Positions 31,438-42,325 of a DNA stretch of 64,000 nucleotides are shown in pieces. The position numbers and the translations under genes were made by a program. The DNA is from an uncultured delta proteobacterium (lineage in GTDB: Bacteria > Desulfobacterota > BSN033 > UBA1163). The notes under the pieces were generated by a model. The model was not told where the DNA came from. It saw only the letters and a program-made list of their open reading frames with translations, and ran no database searches. The stretch is from contig CAVPSJ010000004.1 of NCBI GenBank assembly GCA_963708295.1, positions 800,001 through 864,000 on the forward strand. The letters run 5' to 3'. Every line of letters begins with the position of its first letter. Within the stretch, counting starts at the first letter, position 1.

Positions 31438-32385
31438 TCAGACATGATTTCGTAATTGTAGTTCTAAGGGATGGGGGTTTAAATAAACCTGCTCTTTCAG
31501 GTAGGGTTGATCGTATTTTCGGACATAATGTTGAACAAGTGTGATGGGGACAATTAAAGGTATATATTCCTGCCTGTAATTATCAATGACCTCTAACAAT
31601 TCCTGTTTTTCGTCAGCAGACAATTGCTCCCTGAAATAACCCATCATGTGTTGGAGGACATTGGCATTTTTCTTCGGCGTGGTTTTTAATTGAAGGGCTT
31701 CCATGAGAATCGTTTGGTAATGCCGATAAAGTTCCTTGATTGGAAGTTCCTTTGCTTTCGCCACGAGTTTTCCCATCGTTTGATAATGTTTTGGACTGTG
31801 TGAAAGGATCAGCAATTTATGTTTCGTGTGGAAGTCCACAACGTTTCCCAGACTCTCCTTTCTTGTCATGACTTCTCGCCACCTCTTTAAAGTAAAGATC
31901 CTCTCAATGAAATTCTCCCGGAGTGCTGGATCATGGAGACGTCCTTCATCCTCAACAGGCAGGAGAGGAAAATGTTCCATGAATATCCTCGCAAACATGC
32001 CAATCCCTTTTTTGACCGGCATCCCTTTTTCATTATAGACTCTGACCCGCTCCATGCCGCTGCTTGGAGAATCACTTTTAAAAATGAATCCACAAAGATC
32101 CTCCTCCTCAATTTCAACAACACGTTTCTCGGCCCAGCGAACCATGCGATCCGTCATATCCTGCTTTGTCCTTGAAGTGACTAACCTGGGAGACCCCGGA
32201 TCTCCCTCCAAACGCATAGACTCTCTTGGAACAGGGAGACCGCATTCCACTTCAGGACAGATAGGGACGTATTGAACATATTGTCCAAGGGTATCGGTGA
32301 GAAACCGGTCCAGCTTATGGCCGCCGTCATAACGGACAGTTTCACCCATTAAGCAGGTGCTGATGCCCAATTTAATCCTTTCCAT
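31438..32385 (-). CDS. DUF523 + DUF1722 (YbgA) protein
   Basis: GIS.CL.GE.VRYDGGHK, CPEVE.GL.VPRE, SPSSG, EDEGRL.D, FH..HKL, NVLQH..GYF. Confidence 0.92.
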   Translation of the reverse strand: MERIKLGISTCLMGETVRYDGGHKLDRFLTDTLGQYVQYVPICPEVECGLPVPRESMRLEGDPGSPRLVTSRTKQDMTDRMVRWAEKRVVEIEEEDLCGFIFKSDSPSSGMERVRVYNEKGMPVKKGIGMFARIFMEHFPLLPVEDEGRLHDPALRENFIERIFTLKRWREVMTRKESLGNVVDFHTKHKLLILSHSPKHYQTMGKLVAKAKELPIKELYRHYQTILMEALQLKTTPKKNANVLQHMMGYFREQLSADEKQELLEVIDNYRQEYIPLIVPITLVQHYVRKYDQPYLKEQVYLNPHPLELQLRNHV

Positions 32386-32392
32386 TGAAGTC

Positions 32393-32842
32393 TTAGAGTT
32401 TTGGAAACAAGATTGAGAAAGTCTCTACAGCTTTCTTCCGATCGAACTGAAAAGTAAGGTCAATTCGATCGTTTCTCAAGCCGAAGGATACGGGTTCTTT
32501 TCCTTTTGCTTCGTCAATATGGGTGATGGATCGAGCAATGGAGATGATACGATCGGCCACCTGGACACTGGGCGGAGGAAGCTGATATTTTCCTCTGGAT
32601 TCCACTGAGAATAATACCTTTCCCTCGTTTGACCGCTCAAAGGAAATATTGTTGGCTTTCTCAGTAGCTCCGTAAAAAATTCCAAGTCCAAGAAATTTAA
32701 GGGCTAATTCGTCCAAATCTCCGCTTGGATCACCCGAAATCCCTTGGGCGGCCTTCTCCAGCTCTTTTTTGGGGTCGGTCTCCAAATAACACTCACAAAA
32801 CTCCTGCAGTCTCTGGTGGTAGTTCCTTTCGTCTTTGATCAT
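32393..32842 (-). CDS. Hypothetical protein, possibly a stand-alone PilB/GspE N2-like domain
   Basis: GGAGG SD; residue pattern recalls the secretion-ATPase N2 domain. Confidence 0.6.
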   Translation of the reverse strand: MIKDERNYHQRLQEFCECYLETDPKKELEKAAQGISGDPSGDLDELALKFLGLGIFYGATEKANNISFERSNEGKVLFSVESRGKYQLPPPSVQVADRIISIARSITHIDEAKGKEPVSFGLRNDRIDLTFQFDRKKAVETFSILFPKL

Positions 32843-33219
32843 GTTTTGCGCCCTCCCTGATATTTGAACTAAAGGTAATGATCCGGCGTTTCAAATTCAA
32901 GGGGGTTTATGAACAAATTGCACAGGTCTCATATTTCTGAAGGTTAAAAAAAGCCGGATCGTTCAAGGCCTATCCCAAAGTAAAACTTCGGGTATTCGGC
33001 TTCTTCATCGAGAGGGCAAGAATTCCCGATAGGCTGGGATGATGTTTCTTGGCAGGCCTCTCGACCAAAGGATCATTTGGAGGGAGTGAAGAAAGGCTTG
33101 ACCGGGTAGTCTACGCTGCCGTATGATAAAATGGAGACCCTCGCTATGGGGAATTTGCTTCTTTTTGATTAAAGCCTCCTTCGGTTTTTCTTGTGAATCT
33201 CAAGAAAGGAGATGGATCT

Positions 33220-34428
33220 ATGAGCGATTTCTTTCAGCCCGGGGTGATCACCACGCTTCATCGATTTAAGAAAGGAAATTTGGAACGGATGGAAATGGAG
33301 TTGGAGTTCCATGCAAAACACAATCCAATTGCGTTGGTTCTTCCTTCCCTCTATTCCGAGCTGAAGGAGAAAGCCCTTCAGACTCATTGTTTCCGAGATT
33401 CAAAAAGTTAAATACATCAACCAGGTTGTTGTCACTCTGGGAAGAGCGAAGGAGAAGGATTTTGAACATGCGAAGAAGTTCTTCTCCGTTCTTCCACAGC
33501 AAACGACCATCGTCTGGAATGACGGCAAAAGGGTTCAATCTCTCTATGACATCCTGAAGAAGAATGATATCTCCGCCGGTGAGGACGGGAAGGGACGTTC
33601 TACCTGGATGGCTTTTGGCTATGTCTTGGCAAGCGAAAAGAGCAATGTCATCGTTCTTCACGATTGTGACATCCTCAGTTACGACCGGGAGTTCTTGGCC
33701 CGCTTATGCTACCCTGTGGTCAATCCCAATTTGGGATATGAGTTCTGCAAAGGGTATTACGCTCGGGTGACGAATAAGATGCATGGGAGGGTCACCCGGC
33801 TCTTTGTCACCCCTCTGCTTCGTTCCCTGGAACGACTTTTGGGATACCTTCCTTTTTTGGTCTATCTTGACAGTTTTCGATATCCCTTGGCCGGAGAATT
33901 TTCGATGATTACGGACCTGGCCGAATCAACCGGATTCCGTGGGATTGGGGTCTGGAGGTTGGGGTTTTGTCAGAAGTCTTTCGCAACTGTTCTTTGAGAC
34001 GGATCTGCCAGGTCGATTTGACAGAAAACTATGAGCATAAACACCAGGAGCTTTCTCCGGACGATCCCAACAAAGGGCTTTTAAGAATGTCGATTGATAT
34101 TGCAAAGAATCTCTTCCGAAACCTGGCCAGCGAGGGAATCGATCTTTCAGAGAGCCTTTTGAAGACATTGAAAGCCACCTATTTGAGAACGGCCCAGGAG
34201 GCGATCACAAAATATGACGACGATGCGGCCATCAATGGACTCGATTTTGACCGCCATGAGGAAGGGGTGGCGGTGGAGACCTTTACCAAGGGGATTGAAC
34301 TGGCCAGCAAAGCCTTTGTGGAAGATCCGCTCAGCATTCCACTCATTCCGAATTGGAGTCGGGTCACCTCTGCTATCCCTGACTTTTTGGAAAGGTTGAA
34401 GAATGCCGTCGATGACGACAACACCTAA
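33220..34428 (+). CDS. Glucosyl-3-phosphoglycerate synthase-like glycosyltransferase (2 frameshifts)
   Basis: MSDFFQPGVITTLH, LPSLYSEL, GKGRSTW, LHDCDI, CKGYYAR, GRVTRL, YPLAGEF, YEHKHQ. Confidence 0.82.
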
Positions 34429-35259
34429 GCTCGTGATCTTCACCGATCTCGATGGAACCTTGCTCGATCGAGATACCTATTCCTTTGAACCAGCCCTACC
34501 TGCCCTTCGTCTGATTAGACAGAAGGACATCCCCCTTGTTCTGTCAAGCAGTAAGACCAGGGCGGAGATCGAGTTTTATCGAGAAAGAATTGGAAAATGA
34601 TCACCCGTTTATTTCCGAAAATGGAGGTGCCGTGTTTATCCCAAAGGATTATTTTTCATTTCCTTTTCTTACGACAGAGAGACAGATCGGTTTTTCATCC
34701 TGGAATTGGGCATTTTTTATCCCCGGATTATTGAAGTCTTGAATTCCGTTAAAAAAGAGACGGGGATTCCAATCAAGGGATTCTCCGATCTGACTGAGGA
34801 AGAAATTTCCTCCCTTTGCGGCCTGAGATATAAAAGAGGCCGAATTGGCCAAAAAGAGAGAATACGATGAGCCTTTTCTCATTGAAGGTGGAGAGAAAGA
34901 AATCGAGATCGTGAGAAGAAAGATCGAAGAGAAAGGGAATGAACTATGCCTGGGGTGGGAGGTTTCACCATATCCTGGGCAAGAACGATAAGGGCAAGGC
35001 CGTTGAAATTTTGAAGGAGCTCTATGAGAAACAATTTTCCTCCATCTTTACCGTCGGGATCGGGGATAGCCTGAACGATCTTCCCATGTTATCCGTCGTG
35101 GACCATCCATTTTTTCTCAAAGGAGAAGGTCGCGTTTCACCGGAGGCCTTATCACCGATTCAAAATTGTACGATCATTCGATGGAACTGGCCCTCAGGCC
35201 TGGAACGAAGTGATCCTAAACATCGTCATATACGCTTCTCTTGGACCGGGAGGAAATAA
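34412..35259 (+). CDS. Mannosyl/glucosyl-3-phosphoglycerate phosphatase (HAD-IIB; frameshifted)
   Basis: FTDLDGTLL, SSKTRAE, PFISENGG, REYDEPF, GGRFHH, GDSLNDLPML. Confidence 0.9.
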
Positions 35260-35271
35260 AGCTAAAGAATC

Positions 35272-36437
35272 ATGAAAAAAGCGATCATCATCCCGATCTA
35301 TCTCAAATTCAAGCAACCGGAGGAATTACCCCATTTAGAGGGGCTGAGGTTGGCCAAGAGAGCGATCGAAAGCCTGAAGAGATTGGAGGACCAGGATTTC
35401 ACGCTCATCCTTCCTGTTTGTTTTGACTTGACGGGTGAAATCAAAGAGGACCCCTTCCCTGAAATGACAAAGTTCGTCATCGATGAGGTGAAACGTCTGA
35501 GGAGCGAGGAAACATGGGTCTTCTCCAACCACCCTCTAAGAATTTTGAGAGATTATTTAGACCGATTGAATTTTAAGTATTTCTCTTCCCACATCGATTT
35601 GAAGGGATTTTCAAGAATTCGCAACACCGGTCTTCTTCTCGCCCAAGGGCTCTCCATTGATGTCGCTATCTTTATCGACTAACTGACGAGGTCATAGAGA
35701 ACCCGCAATACCTAAAAATCGCCTGTGAATATCTGAACGAGAAATGGAAGGGCAAGGTCGTGCACGGAAAAGGCGGCTTTTATGTCAACCCGGATGGGAC
35801 GATCCTTCTTCCTCCCCAGCAGCTCTGGTGGAGGTTTCTTTGGAATAAGACGAAATGGATGAATCAGGTCTGGGAAAATATCCTCTCAGCCGAAGACAGA
35901 CTTGTTCCTTCTCCCATGCTTTTGGGCGGAAATCTCGTTCTTCATCGATCTCTTTTCCGGCATGTTCCCTTTGACCCTTACATCCCGAGAGGAGAAGATA
36001 CGGACTATCTCATTAACGCGAGCCAGGAGGGGTTCTGCCTCCTCTTCGACAGGGAGATGAAGATCAAACACCTCCATCCGGAAAGAACCGGAGTATTCTT
36101 CCAGGAAGAGCTGAGAGGGGATATTGAACGATTTCTCTACGAGCGAGGGAAAACAAAAGCAGGATCTCACATCAATCTTGACCCCTATCCGGGATATTTC
36201 TTAAAATCGACTGTTTTCCCGAAGGCAGGGCTCACCTCCTTCTTTCTCGGGCTCGATTATCTGGCGAAGGGAGAGTGGAACAAGGCAGGAGAATGCCTAG
36301 CCGATATCGGCCTTCTCTTTCGGGACGAACAGGACGATTGGTTAAAATATCTAAGATTCAAAGAGGATTGGGAAAAGGTGACGGACATCCTCGATAAAGA
36401 CGGGCTGGACGGAGTTCTGGAAAGTTGCCGGGTTTGA
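35272..36437 (+). CDS. Uncharacterised GT-A/GT2-like protein (indels near 35680)
   Basis: IIIPIY, GFSRIRNTGL, reconstructed FID-N-DEVI DxD, LGGNLV, PFDPYIPRGEDTDY. Confidence 0.65.
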
Positions 36438-36452
36438 ATGTTGGGATGGCCT

Positions 36453-37697
36453 ATGGAGAAAACACTGGAGACTCAGCTGAAAGAGATTAAAGAGGCCGAC
36501 ATCCTGATCGGAATCCCGAGTTACAATAATGCCCGAACGATCGGCCATGTGGTACGCGCCGTGATCGCCGGTCTTGCCAAATACTTTCCAAACGCCAGAG
36601 CAGTGATGGTCAACTCGGATGGTGGTTCAACCGATGGGACTCAAGATGAGGTCAGGAGGGTCCAGATCGAAGATTTCAAAACAATCCTTACCTCCCACCC
36701 GGTCAATCCCATTCAAAAGATTGTAACTCCCTACCATGGAATCCCGGGGAAGGGAAGCGCCTTCCGCACCATCTTTGAGGCCGCCAGGACTCTCAGGGCC
36801 AAAGCCTGCGCCGTGGTCGATTCGGATTTGAGGTCGATCACCCCGGAATGGATGGAGCTTCTCCTCAGGCCTGTTTACGAAGAAGGGTTTGACTACGTCG
36901 CCCCTCTTTATACCCGGCATAAATTCGACGGAACCATCACCAATAGTATCGTTTATCCCCTCACGCGCTCTCTCTACGGGAAAAGAATTCGCCAGCCCAT
37001 CGGAGGGGATTTTGGTTTTTCTGGAAAGCTGGCAGAATTCTATTTGACTAAAGATGTTTGGGAAACCGATGTCGCCCGGTTCGGCATTGATGTCTGGATG
37101 ACCACACTCACCGTTGCTGAAGGATTTAAGGTATGTCAATCCTATCTCGGCGCTAAGATCCATGATGCGAAAGACCCTGGAAGCGATCTCGGACCCATGT
37201 TCACTCAAGTCGTCTCTTCGGTCTACCGTCTGATGGAGGAATACCAAAGCCTTTGGAAAGAGGTTAGAGAATCCCACCCCGTCCCGATTTTTGGCTTTCA
37301 TTATGAGGTAGGACTGGAACCCGTCTCCGTCAATGTGGAGCGGATGATCGGAAACTTCAGGCTGGGGGTTCGGGATCTGACGGAGATTTGGAGAAAGGTG
37401 TTGCTTCCCGAAACAGTCGACTGGCTCGAGTCCATTGCGCGGCTATCGGAGGAAGCATTCTTCTTTCCACAGGACTTATGGGTTCGTTTAGTCTATGACT
37501 TCGCTCTCGCCTATTCGAAAGGATCGGTCCACCGAGAACATTTGTTGAAATCGATGATTCCCCTTTATTTGGGCCGGGTGGCGTCATTCGTTAAAGAAAA
37601 TCAGAAAAGTTCTGCGGACGAGGTCGAAAAAGAGATCGAATCCCTTTGCCGGGCCTTTGAGGAGATGAAGCCTTATCTCATCGAACGGTGGGCCTGA
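36453..37697 (+). CDS. Glucosylglycerate synthase (Ggs)-like GT2
   Basis: IGIPSYNNARTI, NSDGGSTDGT, GIPGKGSAF, VDSDLRSITPEW, DGTITN, RQPIGGDFG, FGIDVWMTT, KIHDAKDPG. Confidence 0.85.
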   Translation: MEKTLETQLKEIKEADILIGIPSYNNARTIGHVVRAVIAGLAKYFPNARAVMVNSDGGSTDGTQDEVRRVQIEDFKTILTSHPVNPIQKIVTPYHGIPGKGSAFRTIFEAARTLRAKACAVVDSDLRSITPEWMELLLRPVYEEGFDYVAPLYTRHKFDGTITNSIVYPLTRSLYGKRIRQPIGGDFGFSGKLAEFYLTKDVWETDVARFGIDVWMTTLTVAEGFKVCQSYLGAKIHDAKDPGSDLGPMFTQVVSSVYRLMEEYQSLWKEVRESHPVPIFGFHYEVGLEPVSVNVERMIGNFRLGVRDLTEIWRKVLLPETVDWLESIARLSEEAFFFPQDLWVRLVYDFALAYSKGSVHREHLLKSMIPLYLGRVASFVKENQKSSADEVEKEIESLCRAFEEMKPYLIERWA

Positions 37698-37718
37698 AAA
37701 AAAGAGGAGGTGAAGAAT

Positions 37719-38429
37719 ATGGGAGAGGTGTGGAAAGTGACCATCACAGATTCTTTGAATCGATTCCTGGAGAAAGTGCTCATATTCTTGCCCAATCTCC
37801 TGGCGATGATCACCATCCTCGTCGTCGGGTTCCTGATTGCCTGGATCTTCAAAAAGCTTCTATTTCGTTTCCTGAAGGCGATCCAGTTCGACAGGGTGAG
37901 CAGACAATGGGGCTTGGCCGATGTTTTGTCCAAAGGAGGGATGACCTATTCCCCCGCCAATCTCTTAAGTCGGTTCTTCTATTGGGTGATCGTCTTCGTA
38001 ACGCTTATCATGGGGATCAATGCTCTTGAGGTCGCAGCCACTCAAAACTTGATCGCCCAGTTCTTTAATTACCTCCCCCACCTTTTTGCTGCGGTGCTCA
38101 TTCTGGTGATCGGCTATTTGATCGCCATCTTTTTGGGCCAGGCCACCCTCATTGCGGCCGTGAATGCCCAAATGGAATCAGCCAAACTGCTGAGTCGCCT
38201 GGTCCGATGGTTCCTCATCGTTTTTTCGGTGACCGTGGCCCTCTATCAATTGGGCATTGCAGAAAAGGTGATCACTGCCGCCTTCTCCGTTATCTTTGGC
38301 GGAATGGTTCTTGCCCTCGCCATCGCCTTTGGATGGGGCGGGAGGGAATTGGCCAAGGAGTTTCTTGAGAGAGTTTATAAAAAAAGCGAGAAAAGCGATA
38401 ATAAGGAAAACCACATTTCCCACATCTGA
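37719..38429 (+). CDS. Mechanosensitive-channel-associated TM-helix protein (CmpX/MscS-like)
   Basis: Repeated FLPNL/YLPHL TM units, ALAIAFGWGGRE. Confidence 0.8.
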   Translation: MGEVWKVTITDSLNRFLEKVLIFLPNLLAMITILVVGFLIAWIFKKLLFRFLKAIQFDRVSRQWGLADVLSKGGMTYSPANLLSRFFYWVIVFVTLIMGINALEVAATQNLIAQFFNYLPHLFAAVLILVIGYLIAIFLGQATLIAAVNAQMESAKLLSRLVRWFLIVFSVTVALYQLGIAEKVITAAFSVIFGGMVLALAIAFGWGGRELAKEFLERVYKKSEKSDNKENHISHI

Positions 38430-38540
38430 GAAATGAAAAGAGACTTCCACGGCAGGGATGAAAAAGTGACATAGGCGTGAAAAGCAAGCGGAGCGATCAC
38501 GCCTCTTTTATTGCAGGATCACGAAAGATGATCAACAGAG

Positions 38541-39422
38541 TCAATGATGTTTTATTTTCTGGGCTAACTGAAGGATGGTTTCTCCATAGGGTTTGCTATG
38601 GTTGTAGTACCAGAGGGCCTGCTTCTTCTTTTCCATCGGCATCCCCCTTCTCCAGCCATGGCATTTCAAGTAGTTCCCGATACTGAAGATTGCAGCCTCT
38701 TGGCTCAGAAGCCAATTCTCAAAACTTTCTGGGTGGAGGGCGTAAGAAAGGTAGCTCGAAGGCATGAATTGGGCCATGCCCAGGGCGCCCGCATAAGAAC
38801 CATAGACTTCCAAAGGATCGATCTTCTCATGTCGAATGATGGTTAAGAAACATTTCAGTTCACGATAAGCCCAATTCGCTTTTCTCTTCGCTGCCCTTTC
38901 CATCCATTCATAAGAAAGATCCGGGTCCATTTCCCGAAGGATCAGGAAATTCTTCTGGAGAGAGTCCGGCGAATCCATCAGGGCGATGCTTGCGAGGGTT
39001 GGGATGAGTCGGTATTTCCCGATATTCTCGCCAAATCTCGACTCTACCAGGAGAATGGCAACAATCACTTCCTTCTCCACGGAGAACCTCTTTTCCGCTT
39101 TCCGGAGGATCTCGAGGTTTCGACGAAGAAATTTCTTGGAAAGAAGGATGGTTTCCTGAGTTAGAAATCGCGCATAAAGATCCGACGATTCCCGTGATTC
39201 CAAAGAGAGAATCATTAAAGAAGGGTTTAGCTCTGTCCGGCCATCCAGGAGCAGATTCGACAAGAATTCGGAGTCAATCCCGTCCTCTGAGAGTCGGCGG
39301 GTCAGGGACTGAAAAGGAGAAGACCCTTCCTGAGATCCGTCGGCCGAGATCACGGATAAGCAGGAGACGAGCAGGGTAAGGATCAGGAATCGGATCTCGC
39401 GATGTGGTATTCGTTTCTTCAT
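38541..39422 (-). CDS. mltB: Lytic murein transglycosylase, MltB-like
   Basis: IVAILLVESRFG, GSYAGALGMAQFMPSSY, SIGNYL..HGW, YNHS..Y. Confidence 0.88.
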   Translation of the reverse strand: MKKRIPHREIRFLILTLLVSCLSVISADGSQEGSSPFQSLTRRLSEDGIDSEFLSNLLLDGRTELNPSLMILSLESRESSDLYARFLTQETILLSKKFLRRNLEILRKAEKRFSVEKEVIVAILLVESRFGENIGKYRLIPTLASIALMDSPDSLQKNFLILREMDPDLSYEWMERAAKRKANWAYRELKCFLTIIRHEKIDPLEVYGSYAGALGMAQFMPSSYLSYALHPESFENWLLSQEAAIFSIGNYLKCHGWRRGMPMEKKKQALWYYNHSKPYGETILQLAQKIKHH

Positions 39423-39514
39423 GGGGTTAAGCTTACCAGCATCTCCATCATTTTTCAATACATCCTTCAAAATGTGATGTATAATGAATCGAGGACGGAG
39501 ATCTCTTCGAAGAA

Positions 39515-40177
39515 ATGAAGCAATTCTTGATTCCCCTCGGTTTGGCTCTCATTCTTGTCCAACTTCCCTTTGGAGACTTCAAGTCAAAGGCACCTGAGGA
39601 AAAAAAGACACCGGTCAAGGGCTGGTGGATGGTCTCCTCCTTTGCTGTCCCTCCGACGCGATATTCCAGGGCTGGGGACAGGATCATCAAGGCCGAGAGC
39701 CTGGGGAGTCGATCCTCTCTTTACCGGGAGGTAGGAGAAAAAGAGAAGGATCTTCCTGTCCTCTCCTGGAGGTGGAAGATTTCGAGTGTGGTCCGCTCTG
39801 CCATTGAGACAAGAAAGGATAGGTTTGATGCAGCCGCTCGGGTGATCACGGTCTTCGGGAGTCAGAAGGGCTTGAAGGTGATGGAAGGAACGGAACCTTC
39901 AGGGTTTAGAATCGAATATATCTGGGCGAGCCATCTACCCAAAGGACATGTCTTTGATCATCCGGGGGAGAAATACTGCAAAGTTTTTGTTTTGGAATCC
40001 GGCGAAAGAAAAATCGGAGAGTGGGTTCTTGAAAAAAGGAACCTCTATGAGGATTACAAGAAAGCCTTTGGGACAGAACCGAGCGGAGTGTTAGCGATCG
40101 GGATTCAAACGGATACGGATCATAGTAATGAGATGGTGACTGCCTATTATTCGGATCCCATCCTGAAGAAAAAATAG
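39515..40177 (+). CDS. DUF3047 family protein (second paralog)
   Basis: LSWRWKI, DAAARV, IEYIW, RNLYEDYKKAFG, IQTDTD. Confidence 0.82.
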   Translation: MKQFLIPLGLALILVQLPFGDFKSKAPEEKKTPVKGWWMVSSFAVPPTRYSRAGDRIIKAESLGSRSSLYREVGEKEKDLPVLSWRWKISSVVRSAIETRKDRFDAAARVITVFGSQKGLKVMEGTEPSGFRIEYIWASHLPKGHVFDHPGEKYCKVFVLESGERKIGEWVLEKRNLYEDYKKAFGTEPSGVLAIGIQTDTDHSNEMVTAYYSDPILKKK

Positions 40178-40581
40178 GGCTGAGCCTCTGATCCCCTCTG
40201 TTTGCCTCTATTCCCCCTCATGATCAAGACACAGCCTCTTGGGTAAAGCACTTGTTTAAGATGGAAACGGGCAGGGTCTCGCTCAAGATGATTCCTTTTG
40301 ACATTCGTTGTTTTCACCCTGATCCCTTCCATCGCCCCGGGACAGGACGATAATTGCTGTCTAGATGACAATTGGCGGCATCTTCATTGAGACGAACCCC
40401 GACAGATAGCCTTGTTCTCAAAGATAATTTCTTGTCATTTTAACAAGTTATCCTCATCCCCTCAGCGCTGGCCCAATTGGCAAGGGAATTGCTGTTACTT
40501 TTTTTCAAGAATGGAAATGGTTGGGAGCGCAAAAAGGAGTTGTAAGAATATAAGAGGGTAGGGAGGATCGAGAAAAACCAG

Positions 40582-40998
40582 ATGGCGAAGAGAAAGGTTC
40601 TCGTGGTCGATGATGAGGAAGATTTTGCTAAGGCTCTTAAAGTTCGGCTGAAAGCCAACGGGTATGATGTTGTCCTAGCCCATGACAGTATCCAGGCTAT
40701 TATGATGGCTGACCAGGAGAAGCCAGACCTGATTATTCTGGATATTCTGATACCGGGAGAAGATGGGTTCAGCATCTCGGAACGATTGAAACAGGCCGAG
40801 GCAACGCACCCTATTCCCATCATCTTCCTTACAGGGGTTCCGGGGGGCGAGAGAAGAGCTTATAAATCAGGAGCCTCTGGTTATATCATGAAACCCTATC
40901 AACCGGAAATGTTGCTGGAGACCATTCACAAGGTGCTGGAAACAAAGGGGGCGCAGACCCGGCAAAAACCAGAGGGGACAATGGGCGCGGCCTTCTAG
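40582..40998 (+). CDS. Single-domain response regulator
   Basis: VLVVDDE, PDLIILD, IPIIFLT, YIMKP. Confidence 0.9.
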   Translation: MAKRKVLVVDDEEDFAKALKVRLKANGYDVVLAHDSIQAIMMADQEKPDLIILDILIPGEDGFSISERLKQAEATHPIPIIFLTGVPGGERRAYKSGASGYIMKPYQPEMLLETIHKVLETKGAQTRQKPEGTMGAAF

Positions 40999-41186
40999 AA
41001 CCTCCGCTTCTTGCCATTGAAGTTAGATATCATCCAAACGTTCCTATTCCACCTTTCTTACCCACATTCGATTTTTGCAGAGAATCAAACTTTACGGTAT
41101 ACTAAAGTCATGCCGCAGAAATCCTTATCGAATAGAATATTGAGAGCGGGAAACCTTCCTTCTGAAGATTCAGGGAAAGATAAGCA

Positions 41187-41696
41187 TTGATGAAGATGGC
41201 CATCCATCGCAGGATTCGACAATTTTTCTTTCCGTCTTTCACATGCGCGTTCTTGATCAGGGTCTGCCTGGTCTCGCTCTTCGCTTATCTTTCTTTCAGT
41301 TATCTCTGTATTCCCTTCACGATTCAGGGGATCAGTATGGAACCAACCTATCCCAACGGAGGAGTCAACTTTTGTTGGAGGTTGCGATATCTCCTTTCGG
41401 AACCCAAGAGGCATGATGTGGTCGCCGTACGTTTTGCCGGGAGCCAGGTCATGCTTCTAAAGCGTGTGGTGGCTTCCGAAGGCGAGCAGGTTGAGTTCCG
41501 TGACGGGAGACTTTTTGTTGACGGCCTGGAGATCGTGGAATCTTATGTTCGATTTGCGTGCAACTGGAATCTTCCCTCTAGGACAGTTGAAAAGGATTGT
41601 GTCTATGTGGTAGGAGATAATCGGAGCATGCCGATCGAAAATCATTATTTCGGACAAACTTCAAAGATTCGGGTGATGGGGGGGCCCTTATGGTAA
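41187..41696 (+). CDS. lepB: Signal peptidase I (S26)
   Basis: GISMEPT (Ser), LLKRVVA (Lys), VVGDNR. Confidence 0.85.
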   Translation: MMKMAIHRRIRQFFFPSFTCAFLIRVCLVSLFAYLSFSYLCIPFTIQGISMEPTYPNGGVNFCWRLRYLLSEPKRHDVVAVRFAGSQVMLLKRVVASEGEQVEFRDGRLFVDGLEIVESYVRFACNWNLPSRTVEKDCVYVVGDNRSMPIENHYFGQTSKIRVMGGPLW

Positions 41697-42190
41697 AAGG
41701 GAGATATTTCTTCGCGGGGGGCCTCATGGTAATCATCGGGATCGTCCTTGCCGTCACCGTTTTTCCGAGTGAGGAGAAGAGAGTAAGAAAACGGTTTCGT
41801 CTTCTTTCGGAATGGGTTTCGAAGTCTCCGGAAGAAAACTCGTTTACGATGCTACAGAAAATGAAGAATATCGGCACGCTATTTCTTGAACCCTGTGAGC
41901 TAAAAGCCCCTCACGAATCCTTCTCCGGGAGCTATACCCGGCAAGAGATGTCCGCTTATGCCGGCAGCGCCCGTTCCCATTTTTCTCAGCTCGATCTCAA
42001 ACTCTATGACCTCAAAGTTGCCTTCCCCGAAAAGGAGGTAGCTCAGGTTACTTTAACCGCCAGACTGATTGGAAAAGCGACGAGTGGAGAGCAGGTGGAT
42101 GAAATACGCGAACTTGAATGTCACTTGAAGAAAATGGATAGGAAATGGTTTTTCAGTCAAGTCGAAGTGGTCGAAGTCCTAAAAAAATAA
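41690..42190 (+). CDS. Membrane-anchored NTF2/SnoaL-like hypothetical protein
   Basis: N-terminal TM; C-terminal A.V.L...LKK.D.KW pattern. Confidence 0.55.
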   Translation: MVKGRYFFAGGLMVIIGIVLAVTVFPSEEKRVRKRFRLLSEWVSKSPEENSFTMLQKMKNIGTLFLEPCELKAPHESFSGSYTRQEMSAYAGSARSHFSQLDLKLYDLKVAFPEKEVAQVTLTARLIGKATSGEQVDEIRELECHLKKMDRKWFFSQVEVVEVLKK

Positions 42191-42325
42191 CGGTCTCGCG
42201 GAAAATCAGGCCACGATCAATGTCCTTGTAAGATTTTCTTAGATATAGCCAGGGTCTTCGGAGAATGGCCCTGGCTCGGGTGATAAGAGTAAGATTGAAG
42301 ACCGAAGAAAGGAAAGCTTAACCCT

